A DNA stretch of 64,000 bases from Enoplolaimus lenunculus (taxonomy: Eukaryota). The translations under genes were made by a program, and so were the position numbers. Below are positions 13,901-24,900 of the stretch, piece after piece; within the stretch, counting starts at the first letter, position 1; the number at the start of each line of letters is the position of its first letter. Where the stretch lies: the NCBI GenBank assembly GCA_030248215.1, contig JASANG010001276.1:310001-374000 (forward strand). The letters are read 5' to 3'. Below the pieces are notes generated by a model. It made no database searches and had not been told where the DNA came from. It saw nothing but the letters and a program-made list of their open reading frames with translations.

Positions 13901-14593
13901 CGGAGTCGAATTTGACTCAGTTTGCGTAGCCCCGTAGAGCCTATTTCGGAGACAGTCAATTTGACTCAATATTTTTTGCAGTGTAGGCTTAGGCTCAGGA
14001 ATATGCTTATACTACTGTTCCGGCCCTGTTCTATACATAGGCCCTTCCTATCTACAAACTGTAAATAATTTGTTTTGAACCAATTGCTAGCCAGTCGGAA
14101 TACACTGTATATACTTTTTCACTTATGCAACAAAATCGAAGTTGTTCGATGATATATTCCAAGTATATAAACCTCCCATTGATATATAAATGTTTTTTGA
14201 CGAACACGTGTTGTTTTTGATGTGTTTTTAAAGAGTCCAGCATACAATAGCTTTTTTATATACAGGGTTTCAGAGACTCCGTATTATACCATGGGCGGAA
14301 TCAGCGGACGATCGCCGCCAGAATCTTCCGCAGTTACCGCAAAAGAAACTGCACAACTCCGCGAGCAACAAGCAAGAATACTGAAATTGACCGAATTGCA
14401 ATTACAACTTAAAATCGATGTGTTAAGACTTGAAAAGCAACATTTACTCAATCAACGACAATGTAATTGTATTAATGACGTTTCAACTCCTACGATACCA
14501 CCACCTCCAGAATGGATTTCACCTAAATCGTCTGCTACTCAAAATGATAACAGAAATAATTATTATGAGCAACCGATTAATCGATATCATTAA
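7998..14593 (+). CDS. Fer/Fes-type SH2-domain protein without a kinase domain; probable exons 7998-8021, 9726-9941, 11065-11370, (13087-?), 13300-13522, 14274-14593
   Basis: Spliced SH2: PLEYQLYYHGYLEQTSAERLLMKNGDFLVRR...VLSVLWDRHFHYIFIKDKN|GRYRIELRNYSSIHDLLLSHWKKKHRLTSHSDAVLMRAIPR. It is followed by low-complexity sequence with Pro runs, Tyr motifs and a short coiled-coil-like segment. The first exon and the 13087 exon are uncertain. Confidence 0.75.
9135..9430. repeat. Degenerate minisatellite (CAGCTGTCCCGTTTTCCCATTTGTCCGAAACA-like units)
   Basis: Recurring CAGCTGT / TTTTCCCATTTGTCCGAAACA motifs; these generate spurious ORFs. Confidence 0.6.
10603..10769. mobile_element. hAT-type MITE, CAGGGTGCAACC/GCCGGAGCCGGA family (related copies ~11400-11690, 44591-44864, ~60990-61245)
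   Basis: Termini CAGGGTGCA...TGTACCCTG with internal GCCGGA repeats; shared internal sequence between copies. Confidence 0.6.
12653..12917 (+). mobile_element. piggyBac-type MITE carrying a tRNA-Gly-derived Pol III head (solitary, diverged copy)
   Basis: TTAA|CCCTTT...AAAGGG|TTAA. Internal A box TAGCTCAGTGG, CGCCTCCCAC (Gly-CCC anticodon-arm-like) and B-box-like GGATCGAATCG at ~12804-12865. Confidence 0.7.
13637..14043. mobile_element. TTAGGC-bearing GGCC MITE interrupted by a second palindromic MITE (~13773-13984, GAGTCAAATTGAC family, also at ~11700-11800)
   Basis: Outer TIRs GGCCCATGTGTAGAACAGGGCCGG / CCGGCCCTGTTCTATACATAGGCC; inner inverted GAGTCAAATTGAC/GTCAATTTGACTC repeats. Confidence 0.7.
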
Positions 14594-15027
14594 ATTATTG
14601 TGAAGTTAACAGTGGACGCACGTCTTTCAACGTATAAGGATGCGTCGCGCTGTAGATTCATCCCTTCCCTGTACTGGCCCATGTAAAGATCAGGAGCGGA
14701 ACGTTTTTCTGCGGAACTAGAATAGAGTAAGCTTAAGCTTTAGACTAATTTTTTTTTTGCTTGGCGTAAATAAAGTTAGGCTAAGGCTTAGGAATATGCT
14801 CATTTTTATGCTTAGGCTTAGGTTTTGGGAATTTTTTAAATTTGTTCGATGATTTTACTCACATCTCTGCTCGTTCTGGTCAATTTCTCAAGTCTTGAAT
14901 AATTGCTGAAATTTGTAGAAAATGAAAATGTAAAAAAATTAAGCATGCACAGTTGGACGGCACATCGTAATTGTCTTTTTCATGCAATCAAGCATGTCTA
15001 TCCATCTAAAATGCATATAACCATTAC

Positions 15028-15203
15028 GGCCCATGTATAGAACAGGGCAGGAACAGTAGTATAAGCATATTCCTAAGCCCAAGCCTAAGCGTATGAATGA
15101 GCTTAAGCCTAAGCTTAAGCCTAAGCAAAAAATTAGTCTAAAGCTTAAACTGACTATTATAGCCCCTCCTGAAAACGAACCGGATCTGTTCTATACATAT
15201 GCC
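15028..15203. mobile_element. TTAGGC-bearing MITE (Merlin-like: GG termini, 8-bp TSD)
   Basis: TIR GGCCCATGTATAGAACAG; perfect TSD ACCATTAC; internal GCCTAA repeats. Confidence 0.8.
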
Positions 15204-15418
15204 ACCATTACAATAGTTCGGACAATATATTTGGCTATTTCTTGAAAGTTTTTATGTGAAGTATATATTTAAAATTTCAAAAAGGTTGTATATATATTTT
15301 GGTGCCAACACCCTTCAATTGTAAACAAATATATATACCCTACATGGTTTCTTAGAAAGTAACTGATGCAGTATAAGTTTCATTGAGATTTTACCAATCT
15401 CTCTTCGCTACGCATATA

Positions 15419-15765
15419 CTGTAGTGACCCGAATAAGAGGAAGGGACTGATATTTATTTGGCCTCTCCAGAGGGTGCCCCCTTGTTATTCGGTTACGGAC
15501 TGTTATTTATTTTTAACCAACGCTCCACCGCTCTTCGTTATTTATATCCGGTACTGCAATTTCAGAATTTAAGTACGCTTTAAAGTTTCTAATTCAAATT
15601 ATTTGGTCCTGGAGTCATTTATACGCTACAATTAGGGTTAATTGACATTTATGGACTTTAATTAGGGTTTAGGGACTCTATCCGCTTACGGACTTTTATT
15701 AGGGATACGGGCTCCAATTGATTTGGACTCAAAATGGGGGAACCCTCGTATTCGGGTCAATACAG
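15419..15765. mobile_element. TA-flanked Tc1-like MITE
   Basis: TA|CTGTAGTGACCCGAATA...TATTCGGGTCAATACAG|TA. Confidence 0.75.
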
Positions 15766-15769
15766 TAAG

Positions 15770-15924
15770 GGCCAATGTAAAGAACAGGGGCGGAACAGTA
15801 TTATAAGCTTATTTCTCAGCTTAAAGCGTAAAGCCTAAGCCGAGCAAAAAAAGTAGTCTAAAGCTTAAGCTTATTCTATTTTACTACCACATAAAACTGT
15901 TCGCCCCTGATCTTTACATGGGCC
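15770..15924. mobile_element. TTAGGC-bearing MITE
   Basis: GGCCAATGTAAAGA...TCTTTACATGGGCC. Confidence 0.75.
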
Positions 15925-16186
15925 CATATAGGTAAGGATGCCCAAAAATAATGAAACGCTACACAGATAAATTTACTACACTAAATAGATATATACAGTT
16001 TAACAAAAATATAAAACGATTGGATGCAAAATATATAGCTAAGTCACCTAAAACAATAAATAATGTCACACGGAATGAAAAAAATTGTCACCAAAATCTC
16101 ACATAACTGCGCAAAAATAATAAAAAATGAACTTGCAGAAATTGCAAAAAATTTAAACAACCTTGGAATTTCGTATGCACAGATTA

Positions 16187-16579
16187 CTGTAGTGACCCGA
16201 ATAAGCGGGGGGACTGATAGTTATTTGGCCTCTCCAGAAGGTGCCCCCTGTTATTCGGTTACAAACTGTTATTTATTTTTAACACACCCTCTGGCGCCCT
16301 TTGAACTGTCCGTTGAATTTAACGTTTTTTGCCTTGCATCAAATGCTTAAGCGATAATGCAAGGTAATATACTTTCAAAACTTACGTACGCTTTAACGTT
16401 TCGAACTCAACTTTATTTGGTCCTGGAGTCATTTATGCGCTAGAATTAGGGATAATGGACATTTTTGAACTCTAATTAGGGTTTAGGGACTCTACACGCT
16501 TACAGACTATAACTAAGGAATACGGACTCCTATTCATTGGGACTCAAAATGGGACCCCCTCTTATTCGGGTCACTACAG
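16187..16579. mobile_element. TA-flanked Tc1-like MITE
   Basis: TA|CTGTAGTGACCCGAATAAG...CTTATTCGGGTCACTACAG|TA. Confidence 0.8.
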
Positions 16580-16717
16580 TATACAAACTAAAAAATAGTT
16601 CGGAAATTGGCACCAAGTAGAATGCCATGTCAGTGCTACGATAATTAACCAAACAGCATTGTATGATAACTCTATTTTTCATAAATTATCTATGAGACTC
16701 GAGCATTTTGTGCACAT

Positions 16718-18814
16718 TTACCCTTTCTCACATGAATATTTTCTATTTCACCTGAGACCTACTTTTATGCTAGGATTCGAACTCCCATGAATATTTTCTA
16801 TTTCACCTGAGACCTACTTTTATGCTAGGATTCGAACTCCAGGTAATTAACCAAACAGCATTGTATGATAACTCTATTTTTCATAAATTATCTATGAGAC
16901 TCGAGCATTTTGTGCACATTTACCCTTTCTCACATGAATATTTTCTATTTCACCAGAGACCTACTTTTATGCTAGGATTCGAACTCCCATGAATATTTTC
17001 TATTTCACCTGAGACCTACTTTTATGCTACGATTCGAACTCCAGGAACTGGAGTGGGAGGCGTATACCATCACCACTCAGCTATAGGAGGTTGACGCTCG
17101 AGCCCGAGGAGGCTCTCACGTCTTGTGGTGATTTAGTACTATGTATCCGTGTTGCAATTGTTAAACACGGTGCCATATATACTATTTAACGTATATACAC
17201 TGCGCTGAGTTGCCTACAGGCAACTCAATGTGAGAAGAGGTTATAGATAGTAAACTGAAAATTTTTCGCTTAACCCTTCTCAGATGAATATTTTCTATTT
17301 CCCCTGAGACCTATTTTATGCTAGGATTCGAACTCCAGGAACTGGAGTGGGAAACGTATATCATCACCACTCAGCTATAGGAGCTTGACGCGCGAGCTCG
17401 AGGGGGCTGTCACGTCTTGTGGTTTAGTACTATGTATACGTGTTACAATTGTTAAACACGGCGCGATATGTACTATTTAACGTATATACACTGCGCTGAG
17501 TTGCCTACAGGCAACTCAATGTGAGAAGAGATTATAGATAGTAAACTGAAAATTTTTCGCTTAACCCTTCTCAGATGAATTCTATTTCCCCTGAGACCTA
17601 TTTTATGCTAGGATTCGAACTCCAGTGACTGGAGTGGGAGGCGTATACCATCACCAGAGACCTACTTTTATGCTAGGATTCGAACTCCCATGAATATTTT
17701 CTATTTCACCTGAGACCTACTTTTATGCTACGATTCGAACTCCAGGAACTGGAGTGGGAGGCGTATACCATCACCACTCAGCTATAGGAGGTTGACGCTC
17801 GAGCCCGAGGAGGCTCTCACGTCTTGTGGTGATTTAGTACTATGTATCCGTGTTGCAATTGTTAAACACGGTGCCATATATACTATTTAACGTATATACA
17901 CTGCGCTGAGTTGCCTACAGGCAACTCAATGTGAGAAGAGGTTATAGATAGTAAACTGAAAATTTTTCGCTTAACCCTTCTCAGATGAATATTTTCTATT
18001 TCCCCTGAGACCTATTTTATGCTAGGATTCGAACTCCAGGAACTGGAGTGGGAAACGTATATCATCACCACTCAGCTATAGGAGCTTGACGCGCGAGCTC
18101 GAGGGGGCTGTCACGTCTTGTGGTTTAGTACTATGTATACGTGTTACAATTGTTAAACACGGCGCGATATGTACTATTTAACGTATATACACTGCGCTGA
18201 GTTGCCTACAGGCAACTCAATGTGAGAAGAGATTATAGATAGTAAACTGAAAATTTTTCGCTTAACCCTTCTCAGATGAATTCTATTTCCCCTGAGACCT
18301 ATTTTATGCTAGGATTCGAACTCCAGTGACTGGAGTGGGAGGCGTATACCATCACCACTCAGCTATAGGAGCTTGACGCTCGAGCCCGAGGGGGCTGTCA
18401 CGTCTTGTGATTTAGTACTATGTATACGTGTTACAATTGTTAAACACGGCGCGATATGTACTATTTAACGTATATACACTGCGCTGAGTTGCCTACAGGC
18501 AACTCAATGTGAGAAGAGGTTATAGATAGTAAACTGAAAATTTTTCGCTTAACCCTTCTCAGATGAATATTTTCTATTTCCCCTGAGACCTATTTTATGC
18601 TAGGATTCGAACTCCAGTGACTGGAGTGGGAGGCGTATACCATTACCACTCAGCTATAGGAGCTTGACGCTCGAGCCCGAGGGGGCTGTCACGTCTTGTG
18701 ATTTAGTACTATGTATACGTGTTACAATTGTTAAACACGGCGCGATATGTACTATTTAACGTATATACATTGCGCTGAGTTGCCTGCAGGCAACCCAATG
18801 TGAGAAGGGGTTAA
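16718..18814 (-). repeat. Tandem array (~290-bp period) of the piggyBac-type tRNA-Gly-head MITE
   Basis: Units start at TTAACCCTTCTCA (17270, 17561, 17971, 18262, 18549; partial at ~16718 and ~16920) and the array ends with GAGAAGGGG|TTAA at 18814. Full units read TAGCTGAGTGG...CGCCTCCCAC (some CGTTTCCCAC)...GAGTTCGAATCC on the - strand. Confidence 0.85.
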
Positions 18815-18916
18815 CATAAACAAAATATCATTTATTATGGCTACGATAAATCTGATATCAATTTTGATATTGTTTGACATTCTATAATATTCTGCGACAC
18901 AATATACAGGTCCATT

Positions 18917-21900
18917 TCACAATCCAATGGGAAGCATATGCCCATCAGGTGGCTTAATATTGATAAGTATTTTGTCAATTTTAAAAAAACCTTGATCATG
19001 TACTGATACATAAAAACGATGCAAACGTTTCGCTTTTTGCTCCAACTCTTTCGCAGTTTCTTTGAGCTTTCGAGGCTTTTGGTCTGCCAAATTAATATCA
19101 AATTCGGAGTCATACATTTCATCGCCTGAAATTATTTTTTTATACAAACAAGTCTGCTTCGGAGCATCGGGAAGGCAAATCCTTTTGGGAGTGATTTCAT
19201 TTCGATATAGAAGAACACATTTTAATTAAATTAAACAGCTAAAAGCAAGCTGACCACCACTGGCGTGGCCCATGTTACTTTAACGGGCGTCCAGGTTTCT
19301 GGTGGGTTCACACGAGTAGGTTTAGATTCTAGACATTTTTTTGCTTAGGCTTAGGCTTAGGCTTAGGAATACGCTTAATCTACTGTTACGCCTCTTAAAG
19401 TAACATTGGCCATTGGCGTTATGTATATTCTGTTTTAATTTTTAAATAAACCTAACAACTGAAAAAATCCATATGTGGTCAAGCGTGATCGTTAAATTTG
19501 CACATTCTCAGCTATTTCAACCATATTTTTGTTTTACACAATTGACCAGATTGTAATACTTCTCTTTGCGGGATCCCTATAGTATCAACAATGAAACGAC
19601 AGTCACAAAACACGTGTGTAAATTTTGCATAATCGAAGGGGCCAACGTTAGTTTAAGAGACGTAACAGTAGGGTCCATGTATAGAACAGGGCCAGATCGT
19701 TTTCCGGTGGGAATGAAATAGAGTCAGTTTAAGCTTTAGATTAACTTTTTTGTTTAGGCTTAGGCTTAGGCTTAGGAATATGCTCATTCTTACTCTTCGG
19801 CTTAGGAATACGCTTCTACTACTGTTACGGCCCTGTTCTATACATTGGCCAACAGAAGTATAAGAATATTCCTAGCCTATACGCCTCAGCGCAACGAAAC
19901 GCCTATGACTATGCCTCAAAGCTTGATACTGACCGACAAAACTAGTCTAAAGCTTAAGCTTACGCTAATTGTACAGTTCTGTCGAACAGCAGTGTACGCC
20001 CCTTGATGTAACCTGGGCCATTGAAAGAGTCGAACCTGGCAACGCCATAATCCGAATGTTATCCACGGTAGCAAATGCTTGGGGGCAATACGTCGTGACA
20101 CCTTCAACCATTCGGCGCTGTGCCGCTTCCACCAGATCTTCTAAACTGCTGAATGCAGATAACCGGGCCAATTCATATACTTGTGGCGGCGCAAGCCCAA
20201 GTTTACGGCTAGAAAACTGTGCTATTGCATCTTCAGGATCGATCCACTGAAGAATGGAGAAACAACTGTTGGCAACATGGAATAAAATGTCTTGAGGTGT
20301 TGGATAAACACGTCATAAACAAATCAAGCTTGTGGTTTATAGCTGGTGAATCCAGCAGGATGCAACTGGATATCCGTTTCCGCATTCGTTATAGATACCA
20401 AAAAAAATTAGCATTTATTATTCGCAAAGTTATTTGTAAACCACTCAAAAATAATAGAGTTGTTCATTGTACACAGATAAGCTACAATTGTTCGATGTGA
20501 AATAAAATTCAAATTCAACCATAACCTTGACAATTTTAGATACTTTCGCAATTTTTTTTCTATAAAATTTTAGTTAGCCGTGTTAAAATTACTTATTTCA
20601 ATTGTGCTTGTAGAAAACAAAAACAAAACACGTTTTAAACATTTTCACATTTTCCGTTATATTCAACACTGTTCAGATATATCCATATATTAAAGCTGGA
20701 ATGCCCCACATACGTATTTTGGGCAACTTTCCAGCATTAATTTGTTTATAATATTATTTTTAAAAACAGAAACGTGATTGTTCTCTGAAAAAAAACTTGC
20801 ATACAGATTGTTGTGTGCTCGCTAACTTTTGTGCATTGCGCAAACCTGGCTCACTAGTTTATATTATTTGTTTGCACCATGGAAAACAATAAATTATTAT
20901 TCAACAAAATAGGTTGCGATATGCAACAGGTTATTAATCAACCATTTTGCAACCATCCGGCTGGGTTAACAACTACTGATCATTATTCAGTCTCACAGTG
21001 CAATGGATAACATAACGGACCGAAAAATAGGCCCATGTATAGAACAGAACTGCAACAGTAGTAAAAGCATATTCGTAAGCCTACGCGAATGGGTGAGCCG
21101 ATTCTTGAGCCTAAGCAAAAAAAACTTAGTCAAAAGCTTAAGCCAAGTCTATTACAGCCCTGCAGAAAAATATCCCGACTGTGTTCTGAGCGGAAAAATA
21201 TATAAAACGAAACGCTGGATATAACGGAAAACACTTTTCAGGTGTCGTTACACGAATTATAAGCTCAAAATTCAATTAACACACATAAATATATTTAAGT
21301 CAACCAGCATGACTATAAAACAATTGTTTACAAATTTGACCATATTCATTACACTCCATATGCCGGCATTGATCGGCTGTTTTTAAAACCGTTCATGCAT
21401 TTCATTGCTAAGTAAGGGTTGCGCTATACTCGCCGCACGCCACCGGAAGCCGCGCGCGCGGCACTGTAAAAATTTTGCCGCACGCCGCCAAACGCCGCTG
21501 TAAAACATTAATAAATGGTGCGCGACGCCATGCGGCGACGCGCGCCGATGTCCGGCTCGGCAAAGTATAGCACAACCCTTAGGCTTAGCATTCATTAACA
21601 CAAGCAGCTTAATTTACAACGAATGCAAAAAACTATTTTAGAAGCGAGATTTTTTTAGATACAAACGAGAAGCTGAGTCCACTTTGGGGCATGCAGGCCT
21701 GAATGCATTTCGAAAGGAAGTGCAGTGCACAGTGCGCACTGGCGAACATTTTTGGTGCAAAATCAATACATTTCATACAGAATGCGCTTAAAAGAAACAA
21801 ACATTACACAATACAATATATATAATGGGTAAAGCGTGTAAAATATGCTAAATAGCCATTATTCCTTTGTGCGGAGCATAAAAATACCAAAGCAAATTAA

Positions 21901-24900
21901 AATGGTAATTTGAAACATTCTTTTATAGTATTCTGTTGCACAACTGCGAAAATTGTTAAATTTAACATCGTTCTGAGTTCTGTAATATTACAACAGAACA
22001 GTAACGTAGTGACCCAAATAAAAGATTTAGGTAATATAACTATAGGATACCTATTTTGAACCAGAATCAATAGACGTCTATTTTCCTAACAGAATACCGT
22101 AAATCAATAGGAGTTCAAATGTGCGAAGCCGACACTATTATTCGAAGTTTCGTCGTAATTCAGAGTTAAAACAACAAATGAACTACAATGTTATACACAT
22201 TTAAGTGTTTTCCATTAATTGACAGTAATAATATTCATCTTCCAAACATTTGACTCGTCTGAAATACAAAAAATGACCACAAATTACGACTGATAATACA
22301 AAACACGGCGTAAAACACTTAGTTCAGTTCATATAATTTAAACGTTTTTAAACGAATGCCATTGATTTGCAAAAATGAACGCTTAAGCCGGTACATGAAT
22401 GTAACTGCAACAAATTGAGCTAAAACCTGACATAAATCGAGCATGAAGTTAATGTGTCACTTGATAATAATTGCGGCCTATGTAAAGATCACGGGCGGAA
22501 CGTTTTTCTGTGGGACTAGAATAGACTAAACTTAAGCGTTATACTATTTTTTTGCTTGGCTTAGGCTTAGGCTTACGAATATGCTTATAATACTGTTCCG
22601 CCAATGTTCTTTACAGTGGCCATAATTGCATTCTTCAAATGTGAAAAACTTGAAACTGTTAACACAAAATATTGTCACGCGAAAAAATGAATGTTATTAG
22701 AATGACCCACGTACCATCATTGAAGTCTGCGTCGGCAACATACATTCGCAGCATACGTTTATTGAAATTTCTTCCCATACCCACGGTTCTTCGAATCGCG
22801 GTTCATCAGAGTCAATTTGGCGTTGTATGTCTTCTTCAGACAACCCGTATTTGGAATAGTCTTCGGGTCGAAGCGTGATACAGTCTTTGTCACTAACCCG
22901 TCGCAAAACCTGAAATAACAATACCCACAATAAAAACGACAACAACACCAACAGCAGCAGCAATAATTAATAATAATAACAACATAACAACAACACAACA
23001 CAACCACCACCACCACCACCACAACCAACAACAACAACAACAGCCCTTTTTACTTTTAGGACCGTCCCGGTTTCCGGTGGATTTCTTAAACAGAAGGCTT
23101 CAACTCTAGACTACATTTTTTCCTTAGGCTTAGGAATGCACTTTCTTCAACGCTTAGGCTTATGGCTTAAAAATATGCTTAATCTACTGTTACGGCCCTA
23201 AAAGTAACATTGGCCACAACACAAACAATAATAATACCGTCAAAGCGAAAGAAATATCACATATGGGAATTAAAAACCGCTGGCGTTTCGAATAAGTTGC
23301 AAACACAACAAGCTACAAATTATCGCTCTTCTGTTTAGGTAAAACCCACTCAGTCAAATTCAAACAAAACTTTTTCTGCTCTTGCATTTTTTGCCTCCAC
23401 AGACTTAAGGCTTAGGTTTTTCAAAAGGCTAACCTAAGTATACGCCTAACCTACTCCAAATCCTTCCACCTATACGATGTTTTTTAAGTAAACCTAAACC
23501 TTAAGCCTAAAATATGTGTGGAAAGTGTCCAATAAAATCAAATATCCACTAACTTTAACGTAAAATCCTTTGCCAATACACGTAGACCGACCGTACCAAC
23601 ACGTATTCGAAGTACAAGTTGCGTTGCGAATATACTGCGGGAAACGATTGCTACCAAGATCGACCCAGTCAACCACAGTATCACAATGCCACAATTGACT
23701 GTTGACACGTTGTCGGATCAATTCTTGTTGTCTATCGCTACTGTCTAAAAAGTTATGATTACTTAAATTGATTTCTGCTTGCCTGCTCATCCTGATTTGA
23801 TTATTTTCGTGGTTGGTTGCTTCAGTCGGTTGAGTGTGATTAATGTCATCAACAGGTTGTTGCGCAGATCGTTCAAACCGGCGACGATTATCAAGCACTT
23901 GTAGTTCTCTATTATATGTTCTATCCCGCAGTCTGACCCACGTAGCACCATGACGACCCTGATCTCGATTGCTATCACGTAAATACCAATCTGTTTGAGT
24001 ACCAGACGGACTATGGGTACGAGTGCCCGAGGTACGAGGCGTTCCGTCGGATAGCGATTCAGAATTAGCCAGGTTAGACCTGTGACGATGGGCTGAAGAC
24101 GGCGCCAGCGCAACTGCATTTGCATATAAACGCGCTTTTTCGTTAACAATTTTCAGTGACAATTCTGCGACTATTTCTTTGTCGGAAAATGTTAAATTTG
24201 GCTTACTGACGTGTTCGTTGTACAAGCGTTCAAGCTCTTGGAGCCGTGGACTTGTAAACTGATTCAGAGACGTCAAGTGGGGCATTGAATGCGAATCGAC
24301 AGGCTGGCGATTGCCTTCAAGTAGTAGACCGCCGTTGAATTTAGTCGCGTTTAAGTTGACGGCATTATGTTTAAAAGTTCTGGCAGCCGTTTCTGTACGC
24401 GACGATAAGTCTGGATGTCTGCGTTGAGTCAAAAACCACGGCGCGGTTTGTGTTTCACTTTGTTCACGTCCGCCATCTCTTAGCCGGACACCACTTCTGG
24501 AATTATCGGCGCGAGTTTGAGCGGCACGACCAGACTGCCTCGATATCTGCCGAATTAATGATCCATGTGGATCGTGTCGTTTAACAAGTTGTAGCAAATC
24601 TGAATACGGGCCCGACGTAATTAACTGGCGATGGCCTGGGACGGCGTAGAACGATTGATGATTTTGGAAGCGTTGACCGTTGACTGTAGCGGTTGGCGAT
24701 GCGTAAGTTCTTTCGTTTGGTTGCAGCTTTTTCGCACGAAACGTTGTTTGAGATAACGTTGACGGCAAAGGTGATATTATGTTTGCGCCTGAAAAGCAAA
24801 TATGTTAAAATACATGCGATCGACGCGTCGCACCGCCAAAAAAGCCATTTTGCTTGCTACTTCATGGTTCCCCGTGAAAAAAATCGTGCACGTGCCCTAT

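Noticed and set aside
17090..17125. SECIS-like TGA..GA hairpin in the MITE
   Set aside because: The upper helix is only ~5 bp with no apical AA, and no in-frame UGA selenoprotein lies upstream.
16718..18814. CRISPR-like array or functional tRNA gene cluster
   Set aside because: Units are near-identical throughout with no unique spacers, and the tRNA-like heads lack paired anticodon and acceptor stems.
22910..23040. Signal-peptide-like MLLLLVLL ORF starts
   Set aside because: These are translations of the intronic microsatellite, upstream of a clear TTTCAG acceptor at 22910.
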